Numbered from the stretch's first letter, positions 35,383-43,628 are shown. The stretch is DNA of 62,740 bases from Nanobdellota archaeon (GCA_030697505.1 JAUYPX010000039.1:1-62740), one strand, 5' to 3'. Program-made: numbers and translations. The notes: generated by a model not told the origin, from the letters alone.

Positions 35383-37170
35383 ATGGCAACCCGCAGGCCG
35401 ATCGTAACTGTACTCGGACATGTCGATCACGGCAAGTCCAGCATCTTAGACCGCATCAGAGGCACTGCTGTCGTTGCGAGAGAAGCAGGAGGCATCACTC
35501 AGGCTATCGGCTGCAGTATTGTGCCTATCAAAACTATCCAAACTATCTGCGGGCCGTTGCTGAATGCTATCAAATCGGGATTGACTATTCCGGGCTTATT
35601 GTTTATCGACTCTCCCGGGCATGCAGCATTCACCTCGCTCAGAAAACGCGGCGGGTCTTTGGCCGATATCGCTATCCTCGTGGTAGATATCAATGAAGGA
35701 TTTAAGCCGCAGACTACTGAATCTATTGAAATCCTGAAAGCAAATAAAGTGCCCTTCATCATCGCCGCCAACAAAATAGACCTTCTGCACGGCTGGAAGT
35801 ACGACTCCAAAAAATTCTTGCTGGATAACATTAATTCTTTTGACTACAATCTTCAGGGAAACTTTGAAAAGAAAATGTACGAGTTGGTTGCTCAAGTTGC
35901 TGAACATGGCCTGCAGGCAGAACGCTTTGACCGCGTCAGCGATTTCACCAAGCAGATCGCGATCGTTCCTGTCTCTGCCCATACTGGACAGGGAATTCCC
36001 GAACTATTGATGGTGCTTACCGGCTTGGCGCAGAAGTATCTGGAAAAGCAATTGGAGACAGAAGAGAAAGGCTACTGCGAAGGAACCATCCTGGAAGTGA
36101 AAGAAGAGAAAGGTTTAGGCATGACTCTTGATTGTATCATCTACAGCGGAAAACTGCGGGTGAATGATATCTTAATAATTGGCAATCTCGAACAGCCAAT
36201 CGTCACCAAGATCCGCGCGCTCTTGGAACCAGCAGAATTAACGGAGATGCGGGAGAAGAAAAGCAAGTTCCAGAATGTCAAAGAAGTCATTGCCGCGACC
36301 GGAGTGAAAATTTCCGCCCCCGGTTTGGAAACCGTCATCGCCGGCATGCCTTTACGCAGCTGCTCTGGAAAAGCGGAAGAAGTTGAAAAATTGAAGCAGG
36401 AAGTGCAGCAGCAGGTAGAAGAAGTCGTTTCTCTGGTAGAGGCAGAACAAGGAGTGATGATCAAAGCTGACACTATCGGCGGCTTGGAAGCCTTGCGCCA
36501 TCTGTTGGAAGAGAAAAATATTCCCATCGCTTCCGCTTCTTTAGGAGATATCACTAAAAAAGATCTGTCCAAGCTGGAATCATTAAAAGACAAAGATGAG
36601 TTTACCGGTGTTTTGATCGGCTTTAACGTCAGAGCAGCTCCGGAAATTCTTGAATATGCAAAGATCAAAGGATTAACTACTATCTTGAACGAAGTGATCT
36701 ACAAGATCATTGAAGATTATGAAAAGTATGTCGAAACTTTAAAGAAAGAGATCGAGCTGCGTGAGTTAGCCAATATTGTCCGCCCCTGCAAGTTTTTTGT
36801 GATGAAAGGGTACATTTTTCGACAGAGCAATCCTGCCATTGTCGGGGTAGAGATAGAAGTGGGCAGAATCCGAACTGCTGATCCGATCATGCGCGCGGAT
36901 GGGATGCGCGTTTCTACCGTCAAAAGCTTAGGCGAAGAGCAGGAATCATTAACCGTTGCCGAACAAGGCAAACAGGTAGCCATGGCCATGGATGGAGTGA
37001 CCATTGGAAGACAAGTTAAAGAAGGAGATTATCTCTATACCGATATTTCTGAAGAACATTTCAAAAAATTAAAAGAATTGAAGAAAAACCTTTCCAAGAA
37101 AGAGCTGGAAGTGCTGAAGGAAATTGCTGAGATTAAGCGGAAAGAAAACCCGGTATGGGGGGTGGGATAG
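35383..37170 (+). CDS. infB: Translation initiation factor aIF5B
   Basis: VTVLGHVDHGKSSILDRIRG, DSPGH, NKID. Four-domain length of 595 aa. Confidence 0.95.
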   Translation: MATRRPIVTVLGHVDHGKSSILDRIRGTAVVAREAGGITQAIGCSIVPIKTIQTICGPLLNAIKSGLTIPGLLFIDSPGHAAFTSLRKRGGSLADIAILVVDINEGFKPQTTESIEILKANKVPFIIAANKIDLLHGWKYDSKKFLLDNINSFDYNLQGNFEKKMYELVAQVAEHGLQAERFDRVSDFTKQIAIVPVSAHTGQGIPELLMVLTGLAQKYLEKQLETEEKGYCEGTILEVKEEKGLGMTLDCIIYSGKLRVNDILIIGNLEQPIVTKIRALLEPAELTEMREKKSKFQNVKEVIAATGVKISAPGLETVIAGMPLRSCSGKAEEVEKLKQEVQQQVEEVVSLVEAEQGVMIKADTIGGLEALRHLLEEKNIPIASASLGDITKKDLSKLESLKDKDEFTGVLIGFNVRAAPEILEYAKIKGLTTILNEVIYKIIEDYEKYVETLKKEIELRELANIVRPCKFFVMKGYIFRQSNPAIVGVEIEVGRIRTADPIMRADGMRVSTVKSLGEEQESLTVAEQGKQVAMAMDGVTIGRQVKEGDYLYTDISEEHFKKLKELKKNLSKKELEVLKEIAEIKRKENPVWGVG

Positions 37171-37638
37171 ATGCAAACACTTACTATCCTCAACACCCGA
37201 GATATCAAGAAAATCCGCCAGCTCTTTGAAGAAACTTATGGGGCGTTCTTTACCGGCGATTATGCCTATCTACAAGGTAAGGATGGCCGGCTTTCCCTGA
37301 TCAACAAAGATATGGCCAAGATAGACCTGCAGAAATTACGGGTAGATAAATTCGGCTTGTATGTTGCGGAAATCAAAGGCAATTCTGTTCGTCTAAGTAA
37401 GGAAGGCGCGCAGTTGTTAGCCAAAGAAGCTCAGGATAAACTAAAAAATGTCATAGAACTGGATAGCCGAGAAATAAAAGCCTATTTCCATGGCATAGAC
37501 TTGAGAAAAGATTTAGGTCCGGAAGCAAGATTTGTGCTGATAGAATATGATGGTGATATTGTCGGCTGTTCCAAATATAAAGAAGGAATCATTCTGAATT
37601 ACTTGCCGAGGATACATAGAGGAGAAGTGATTGTGTAG
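37171..37638 (+). CDS. NIP7-like PUA-domain protein
   Basis: C-terminal FVLIEYDGDIVGCSKYKEGIILNYLPRIHRGE resembles the NIP7 PUA end. Abuts infB. Confidence 0.5.
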   Translation: MQTLTILNTRDIKKIRQLFEETYGAFFTGDYAYLQGKDGRLSLINKDMAKIDLQKLRVDKFGLYVAEIKGNSVRLSKEGAQLLAKEAQDKLKNVIELDSREIKAYFHGIDLRKDLGPEARFVLIEYDGDIVGCSKYKEGIILNYLPRIHRGEVIV

Positions 37639-37766
37639 TCAATTATAAATGATATCTTTTACCAAAATTCTTGACTTTGATACTCTTTTGTTTCATAATT
37701 AATTTCATTTTCTTAATGAAATTTGCTTTAAGAAAATAGTTTTCATATAAGATTATATTCTCTTTT

Positions 37767-38276
37767 TTAGTTTCCATAAAAAATCTTCACTAATTTGGGT
37801 AAATCTGATTTTGCTTTCTCACCTTGCAAGATGCGTTTGAGCAAAGTTTTTGGTCTTATCCAGAAAGATTCTACAAAATCATCTTTATTGTAGTTTGGAA
37901 CTGCATCACTCTTGATTTCGTATACTTCCATGAAAGCAGAAACTTTGTCTTTATGCGGGGTTAAGTGTCCGAGTTTACGGTAAGGGATGACCCCCAGGTC
38001 CAAATTAGTTTCTTCTTTTGTTTCTCGTTTAAATGATTTTTCATAGGTTTCGCCGCTTTCCACATGACCGCCGACACTCACATCCAAACAAAGAGGAAAT
38101 ATTTTCTTGTGCGCCGTACGCCTGGGAATCCATAGCTCCCCTTTAGAATTTTTAATAAAAGCGTTAATTACTCTAAAATTTGACGACCCTTGAGCATAAA
38201 CTACAGAACGTTTTTCTTTTCCGATGACTTGGTCGTTTTCGTCTACTAAGTCAAGAGTCTCATCATACGCAACCAT
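37767..38276 (-). CDS. Nudix hydrolase
   Basis: GGHVESGETYEKSFKRETKEETNL (Nudix box). Confidence 0.8.
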   Translation of the reverse strand: MVAYDETLDLVDENDQVIGKEKRSVVYAQGSSNFRVINAFIKNSKGELWIPRRTAHKKIFPLCLDVSVGGHVESGETYEKSFKRETKEETNLDLGVIPYRKLGHLTPHKDKVSAFMEVYEIKSDAVPNYNKDDFVESFWIRPKTLLKRILQGEKAKSDLPKLVKIFYGN

Positions 38277-38278
38277 CT

Positions 38279-38509
38279 TTAATTCAGCACATCTTCAATC
38301 GCTTTCTTGCCTTTCAGCTTCTTAGGCTCATCCTTAGCCTGTGCAGCCAAATCGACGCCTACATCCTTCAATTCTTTGATATGCATCTGCATCAATTGTT
38401 CTACGATCTGCAGAATCCGCATCAATTCTTCCCGTTCCTTGCTTAACGTAGCTAAAGAACCCTTGTGGAAGCCTACTTTTTCATCCTTAGACATATCGTT
38501 GGTTGCCAT
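38279..38509 (-). CDS. Small coiled-coil hypothetical protein
   Basis: Start moved to MATNDMSKDEK. The longer track ORF would run into the promoter of the kinase gene. Confidence 0.35.
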   Translation of the reverse strand: MATNDMSKDEKVGFHKGSLATLSKEREELMRILQIVEQLMQMHIKELKDVGVDLAAQAKDEPKKLKGKKAIEDVLN

Positions 38510-38592
38510 GGATCTATAAGTTGCTGTTTTCTTTATAAATTTTATGAGAATGTTTTTAAAGCGCAAAATTCTTCCTCGACATAGGTGAATAG

Positions 38593-39555
38593 ATGAAATA
38601 CGATGTTCTTTGTGTAGGCTCAGCAACGGTAGATACGTTCCTCACCGTTGAACAGCCTTTTTCCTCCCTCAAGCTGGGCGATAAAGTTTTGGTCAAGTCA
38701 GTTGAGAAGCGCTCCGGAGGAGGAGCGACGAACTCTGCTGCTGCCGTAGCCAAGTTAGGATTGAAAGTGAAAACGCTCACCAAATTGGGAAATGATCATG
38801 ACGCAGGTCTTATCTTGGCGGAATTGAAAGCGCTGGGAATAGAAAATATCTGCCATAGTAAAAGCAAACAGCAGACCGATTTAGCTACTATAATCTCATC
38901 CACTAAAGAAAAAGATAGGATCATTCTGGTGCACAAAGGAGCTTCAACTGATCTATCCGCTAAAGACTTTTATTCTTCTCAGGTCAATCCTTCTTGGATT
39001 TATTTAGCTACACTAACCGGAAAATCTCTCTCAGCAGCATATGCCATAGTAGAACTTGCCAGCAAAAAAGGCATCAAGTTATTATTCAATCCTTCACTCT
39101 ACTTAGCGCAGCAGGGAACAAAAAATCTTTCAAAAATCTTACAAAACACTTCAGCACTGGTGCTCAATAAAGAAGAAGCGCAGGCCTTGTTGAAAACTTC
39201 CTCAAATAACTTCCAACACCTTCTTAAGGAATTGCAACAATGCGGTCCGAAAATAGTGATAGTTACCGATGGAAAGCGCGGCTTGTACGCCTTGCAGAAT
39301 CATACTATCTATTCTTTAACCAAAACTCCCAAGGTGAAGATAGTGCATACTACCGGCGCTGGTGATGCGTTTACGTCCGGATTCCTTGCCGGCTTGATAA
39401 AGAAATACTCCTTCGAAGATGCCTTGCGTCTAGGACAAGTGAATGCTTCCTCAGTTATCCAATATGTAGGCGCTAAGAACGGTCAACTGACGGAAAAGGA
39501 AGCAAAAGCGATGATGAAAAAGTACAAGATTCAAATCACTATCAAGAGGCTCTGA
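38593..39555 (+). CDS. PfkB-family sugar (phosphate) kinase
   Basis: DVLCVGSATVDTFL, GGGATNSAAA, TTGAGDAFTSGFLAG. Confidence 0.85.
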   Translation: MKYDVLCVGSATVDTFLTVEQPFSSLKLGDKVLVKSVEKRSGGGATNSAAAVAKLGLKVKTLTKLGNDHDAGLILAELKALGIENICHSKSKQQTDLATIISSTKEKDRIILVHKGASTDLSAKDFYSSQVNPSWIYLATLTGKSLSAAYAIVELASKKGIKLLFNPSLYLAQQGTKNLSKILQNTSALVLNKEEAQALLKTSSNNFQHLLKELQQCGPKIVIVTDGKRGLYALQNHTIYSLTKTPKVKIVHTTGAGDAFTSGFLAGLIKKYSFEDALRLGQVNASSVIQYVGAKNGQLTEKEAKAMMKKYKIQITIKRL

Positions 39556-39556
39556 A

Positions 39557-40471
39557 ATGTTTGCCGATACTAAAAAATTATTGCTGAAAGCGCAGCAAGG
39601 TAAATACGCCGTTGCTCACTTTAACATCAACAATATGGAGATAGTGCAGGGTGTAGTGGCCGCAGCAATAAAATTGAAAGCGCCGGTCATCCTAGCCACT
39701 TCCGAAGGAGCATTGAAGTATGCGGGCATGGATTATCTCTATGCCATAGCAAAAACTGCTTCCGAGCAAGCAAATGTTCCCATCGCTTTACATCTCGATC
39801 ATGGAAAAGATATGCAAACTATCAAAAAAGCAATACAGATAGGCTATTCTTCGGTGATGATCGATGCTTCACACGAAAAATTCGAGAAAAATATCCGCTT
39901 GACTAAACAAGTAGTGGCCCTTGCCCATAAAAAAGGAATTTCCGTGGAAGCAGAATTAGGAACGATCGGCGGAGCGGAGGATTTAGTTTCTTCTCGAAAC
40001 ATCATTTACACTGATCCAGAAAAAGCCAAAGAGTTTGTGCAGAAAACTGGCTGCGATTTTCTGGCCGTGGCCATCGGCACATCTCATGGCGCATACAAGT
40101 TTGCCGGAAAAGCGTCCTTGCGGCAAGATATTCTTCAGCAAATAAAAAAGAAAGTAAAAGTTCCTTTAGTGCTGCACGGCGCTTCCGGTGTACCTCAGGG
40201 TTTAGTGGCCATGGCCGAAAAGTATGGCGCAAATCTGTCGGGAGTGAAAGGCGTTCCTGATGCGCAAATCAAGATGGCGATTAAGGAAGGGATTACCAAA
40301 ATAAATACTGATACAGATGTTAGGATTGCTTTTGATGCTGGCGTGCGAAAAGCGCTGCAGACTGCGCCGAAAGATTTTGATCCAAGGCATATCTTAGCTC
40401 CCGCTCGCGATTTGATTCAGCAAATAGCCGAACAGAGAATAAAAATATTTAGATCAGTGAACAAGGGATAA
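39557..40471 (+). CDS. fba: Class II (metal-dependent) ketose/fructose-bisphosphate aldolase
   Basis: KYAVAHFNINNMEIVQGV, ALHLDHG, VLHGASG, KINTDTD. Confidence 0.85.
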   Translation: MFADTKKLLLKAQQGKYAVAHFNINNMEIVQGVVAAAIKLKAPVILATSEGALKYAGMDYLYAIAKTASEQANVPIALHLDHGKDMQTIKKAIQIGYSSVMIDASHEKFEKNIRLTKQVVALAHKKGISVEAELGTIGGAEDLVSSRNIIYTDPEKAKEFVQKTGCDFLAVAIGTSHGAYKFAGKASLRQDILQQIKKKVKVPLVLHGASGVPQGLVAMAEKYGANLSGVKGVPDAQIKMAIKEGITKINTDTDVRIAFDAGVRKALQTAPKDFDPRHILAPARDLIQQIAEQRIKIFRSVNKG

Positions 40472-40486
40472 GGAAGGGAGGTAACT

Positions 40487-40930
40487 ATGAAACCAATCTA
40501 CATCGGAGCAGATCACGCCGGATTTGCGCTTAAAGAAAAGATAAAAAAATGGCTGGATCATAAGCGTGTGCCTTATGTTGATGTCGGAAATCGCAAGCTT
40601 GATCCTAAAGATGATTATCCGGATTTTGCCGCGGCACTGGCGAGGAAAGTTGTCGCTGATAAAAGTTTGGGTATCCTGGTATGCGGTTCTGCGCAGGGCA
40701 TGTGCATCGCTGCCAACAAGATCAAAGGCGCAAGAGCGGTTATTCCGTATTCCCTGCGGGAAGCAAGATTATCCAAGGAACACAATAATGCGGATATTAT
40801 GTGCTTGTCCGGCTGGTTCACTCATCTGCATAAATCGAAGAGAATGATCGAAGTATTTTTGACCACTCCTTTTTCGAAAGAACCTCGCCATGCGCGCAGG
40901 CTCCAGAAAATCAAGAGATTAGAACGATGA
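40487..40930 (+). CDS. rpiB: Ribose-5-phosphate isomerase B
   Basis: IYIGADHAGFALKEKIK, GILVCGSAQGMCIAANKIKGARA. Confidence 0.85.
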   Translation: MKPIYIGADHAGFALKEKIKKWLDHKRVPYVDVGNRKLDPKDDYPDFAAALARKVVADKSLGILVCGSAQGMCIAANKIKGARAVIPYSLREARLSKEHNNADIMCLSGWFTHLHKSKRMIEVFLTTPFSKEPRHARRLQKIKRLER

Positions 40931-41556
40931 GCCAGAAAGTTTTCCCGTCAGTGATGGTCAAAAGCCAGAAAGAATTAGATCAAATGCTCAGTAATTTGCA
41001 TGGCGTTGCTAAATATTTACATTTAGATGTTGCTGATGGAAAATTTGTTCCCAGCAGATCATTATGGTTTCCATTCAAGTTATCGACAAAATTCAAGTAT
41101 ATCGCTCATCTGATGGTGGAAAATCCAATAGCTTGGATCAGGAAGCATGGAAAGAAAGTTGAGTTTTGTGTAGTGCAAGCTGAGACAGTTAATATTTCTA
41201 ATTATATCCGGAAAATAAAATTACTCAATAAGAAAGTTGCCTTCGCTTTAAAACCAGAGACCAGAGTGGGAAAAATAAAGAACTATCTGAAAGATATCGA
41301 TTATGTCTTGATCTTGACGGTCCATCCCGGATTTTACGGCAAAAAATACTTGCAATATCCTTTGAAGAAGATTGCGGAGATTAAGAAAATGAATCCAAAG
41401 GTTAAAGTCATTGTCGATGGGGGCATGAACTATCTTACTGTCAAAGATGCAGCCAAAGCCGGAGCAGATTATATTATCTCTGGGAGTTTCATTACTAAGG
41501 CAGAGAATCCGAAGGAAAGGATGAGAGAGATGGAGAAAGGGTTTTCTGGGAAGTGA
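40927..41556 (+). CDS. rpe: Ribulose-phosphate 3-epimerase-like protein
   Basis: LHLDVADGKFVP, LTVHPGFYGKKY, VDGGMN. 4-bp overlap with rpiB. Confidence 0.65.
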   Translation: MSQKVFPSVMVKSQKELDQMLSNLHGVAKYLHLDVADGKFVPSRSLWFPFKLSTKFKYIAHLMVENPIAWIRKHGKKVEFCVVQAETVNISNYIRKIKLLNKKVAFALKPETRVGKIKNYLKDIDYVLILTVHPGFYGKKYLQYPLKKIAEIKKMNPKVKVIVDGGMNYLTVKDAAKAGADYIISGSFITKAENPKERMREMEKGFSGK

Positions 41557-41595
41557 ATTGATTTAATCTATGGCATATTTATATTTTTTTACTAA

Positions 41596-41731
41596 ATTTT
41601 GTTCACCACTGGACACCCACTGGACAAGTTCTCTAACTTCCAATGGTTCAAAATTTTAATGATTAAAGCTGTATTCTCAATATTTCACTATCCACTCCCG
41701 CACTGGACAACCCCGGCTAGAATATATAAAC
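41596..41731 (+). promoter_or_regulatory. Copy 2 of the repeated element: CACTGGACA boxes plus the BRE/TATA-like promoter of tRNA-Phe
   Basis: CCACTGGACAC, CCCACTGGACAAG and CGCACTGGACAACC boxes. GGCTAGAATATATAAAC has its TATA centre about 28 nt upstream of the tRNA 5' end at 41755. Confidence 0.65.
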
Positions 41732-41754
41732 CAGTTCAAAACAAAAAGAAATAA

Positions 41755-42033
41755 GCCCAGGTCGCTTAACCTGGTATAGCGAGAGCGTGAAAATCAACAC
41801 AAGAAATCAAACAAAGATTTGATTTCTGTGCAAAAATGTGATAGTTTTCACATTTTTTGCAACGATTGATTTTCTGCTCTGAAATTAAGTAGTTTCTTAA
41901 TTTCATGAGTCTGAAACTCCGGGCAAGGAGTCCAGAAAACTCTTTTGTCCTGACCGACTTTGTGGGTTCGAATAGTTTCCGAAACTCGTGAGGAAACGAA
42001 CGAGAGCGGATCTCGACTTTCCCACCCTGGGCG
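41755..42033 (+). tRNA. tRNA-Phe(GAA) interrupted by a 124-nt structured intron in the anticodon stem, a 21-nt 37/38 intron, a 47-nt T-loop intron and 13 unexplained extra nt before the T stem
   Basis: Acceptor GCCCAGG (41755-61)/CCTGGGC (42026-32) 7/7. D arm GCTT-AACCTGGTA-TAGC. Anticodon stem AGAG (41782-85) + T (41910) pairs with ACTCT (41939-43), 5/5. Loop CTGAAA (41911-16) + A (41938). T arm GTGGG-TTCGAAT (41962-73)...CCCAC (42021-25). A near-BHB can be drawn for the 37/38 intron: 4-bp helix TCTG 41910-13/CAGA 41933-36 flanked by AAA bulges. Confidence 0.75.
41786..41909 (+). ncRNA. Multi-hairpin structured RNA module, copy C (intron 1 of tRNA-Phe)
   Basis: GAAAATCAA (41789-97)/TTGATTTTC (41866-74) closes a three-way junction. 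The junction holds GAAATCAAA-CAAAGA-TTTGATTTC (41803-26) and AAAAATGTG-ATAGTTTT-CACATTTTT (41832-57), with CAACGA in the junction strand. TGAAATTAAG-TAGTTT-CTTAATTTCA follows (41880-41905). Intron ends are ambiguous by 3 nt because of a GAG repeat. Confidence 0.65.
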
Positions 42034-42065
42034 ATTTAACACTTGAGAACTTAATAAAACTTCCT

Positions 42066-42728
42066 ATGAAAATAACCGACTTAGCGCCGGAAAATCGTCC
42101 CCGAGAACGATTGCAGCAGCAAGGAGCGCATACCCTCTCCTCAGCTGAACTATTGGCGCTGATACTCAAATCTGGCACTAAGAAAGAAAACATTCTGGAA
42201 ATTTCCAATAGACTTATTTCACAATACGGCTTGCAGAATCTTGGCACTTCTTCTCTCCAAGAGCTTCAGCAGCAGTATGGCATAGGCCCGGTACGATCAT
42301 CACAGATTGTGGCTTTATTTGAATTATACAAGCGGCTGAATATCAGTCAAGAAAAAAAGAAAATTGCCTGCGCTAAAGAAGTGGCAGAAATTTACCTCCC
42401 CAAAACTCAATCCCTGCAAAAAGAAAATTTTATCGCTGTCTATCTTGACGCCAAGAATAACATCATCGCTGATGAAACCATTACGGTAGGAATTCTTAAT
42501 TCCTCTCTGATACATCCCCGGGAAGTGTTCCATGGTGCAATCAAACACTTAGCTCATTCGGTTCTGGTCCTGCATAATCATCCCTCTGGCGATCCTGAAC
42601 CATCAGCAGAAGATCTGCAAATAACCAAGGTTTTGGAGAAGACCGGAAAGTTGATGGGCATTCCATTGCTGGATCACGTTATTCTCGGGAGAGATAGTTG
42701 GTGGAGCTGGGCGGAATCGACACAGTGA
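42066..42728 (+). CDS. radC: RadC-family JAB/MPN-domain protein
   Basis: MKITDLAPENRPRERL..., LSSAELLALIL, HNHPSGDPEPSAED. Start moved from 41988 to 42066 so the CDS no longer overlaps the tRNA. Confidence 0.85.
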   Translation: MKITDLAPENRPRERLQQQGAHTLSSAELLALILKSGTKKENILEISNRLISQYGLQNLGTSSLQELQQQYGIGPVRSSQIVALFELYKRLNISQEKKKIACAKEVAEIYLPKTQSLQKENFIAVYLDAKNNIIADETITVGILNSSLIHPREVFHGAIKHLAHSVLVLHNHPSGDPEPSAEDLQITKVLEKTGKLMGIPLLDHVILGRDSWWSWAESTQ

Positions 42729-42744
42729 TATTACAAAAGTTTAC

Positions 42745-42913
42745 TTAGCGCTATCGGTGGCGGTGCGACGGTTTTTGTGCCAAAAACCTACTCAGCACCC
42801 CGTAAGGGACGACCCTCGCTTCGTGCACGCCACCTTTAGCGCAAGACAAGACTGGGGACGCGCCCTCCGGGCTGTCTTGTAGGATATGCAATGCATATCC
42901 GTCTTGCCGCTAA
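42745..42913 (+). ncRNA. GC-rich structured RNA candidate (unknown family), immediately upstream of endA
   Basis: Closing helix TTAGCG (42745-50)/CGCTAA (42908-13). Domain 1 has GGTGGCG.GTGC..ACG pairing with CGT.GCAC.CGCCACC (42757-42834), enclosing GGTTTTT-gtgcc-AAAAACC and a CCC-GUAA-GGG tetraloop hairpin. Domain 2 has GCAAGAC/GTCTTGC (42841-42907) enclosing CAAGAC/GTCTTG and GGATATG/CATATCC. The GC richness contrasts with the AT-rich surroundings. Strand not proven. Confidence 0.5.
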
Positions 42914-42984
42914 TGTGGTGGCGTAAAAGAAATATTCTTAATGTATAAGAAACCTTTAAAAACAAACCTGACTATTTCTACTTC

Positions 42985-43587
42985 ATGGCTAAGAAAAAAG
43001 CCTCTGAAGCAGCAGCAGCTGAAACTTCAGAAGAGCAGAAAGTAGAACCTAAAAAACCGAAAAATTCCGTATTAGGCATTCTTGCCGGAGAACGGGTCAT
43101 TACTGAATCTTCTGATGATGCGCGTGAATTCTACAACCAGTCTCGTTTTGGAACCCTCAATGAAGGAGGGAAAGTTGAATTATCACTGTTAGAAGCATTG
43201 TATTTGCTGGAACGGGAGCGTCTTTTAATAAAAAGCGAATCCGGTAAAGTCCTGCCCTTTGAACTATATGTCAAGAAAGCCCGTAAAGTAGAGCCTAACT
43301 TCTGGATCAGATATGTTGTTTTTAGAGATATGAGAAACCGGGGCTACATAATCAAAACTGCGCTTAAGTTTGGCGCAGATTTCCGCGTCTACGATCGTGG
43401 CGTAAAACCGGGAGAAGATCACGCCAAATGGATTGTCTTTCCCGTTCATGAAGCCAGTGTTTTCACCTGGCACGAATTCAGCGCCAAGAACAGAGTCGCT
43501 CACAGCACCAAGAAGCGATTATTATTAGCTATTGTCGATGATGAGAATGATGTAACCTATTACCAGGTCAGCTGGACCAGGCCATAA
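42985..43587 (+). CDS. endA: tRNA-splicing endonuclease, single-unit (alpha-type) subunit with a Lys/Ala/Glu-rich N-terminal extension
   Basis: YVVFRDMRNRGYIIKTALKFGADFRVYDRG, HAKWIVFPV, RVAHSTKKRLLLAIV (Tyr/His/Lys catalytic positions). Confidence 0.85.
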   Translation: MAKKKASEAAAAETSEEQKVEPKKPKNSVLGILAGERVITESSDDAREFYNQSRFGTLNEGGKVELSLLEALYLLERERLLIKSESGKVLPFELYVKKARKVEPNFWIRYVVFRDMRNRGYIIKTALKFGADFRVYDRGVKPGEDHAKWIVFPVHEASVFTWHEFSAKNRVAHSTKKRLLLAIVDDENDVTYYQVSWTRP

Positions 43588-43628
43588 TCCTATCGTTAAT
43601 ATTTATCGTAAGAAAGGAAATCCTTTCA

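Noticed and set aside
24866-41731. The two near-identical 40-nt cassettes as attL/attR of a 17-kb integrated element
   Set aside because: The interval is filled with core housekeeping genes (rtcA, ef1b, dcd, trm1, infB and others) and no integrase. A promoter or regulatory repeat is more plausible.
41848-42247. Minus-strand ORFs 41848-42042 and 41903-42247, and the 26-aa N-terminal extension of radC (41988-42065)
   Set aside because: They overlap the tRNA-Phe exons and introns. RadC homology starts at MKITDLAPENRP (42066).
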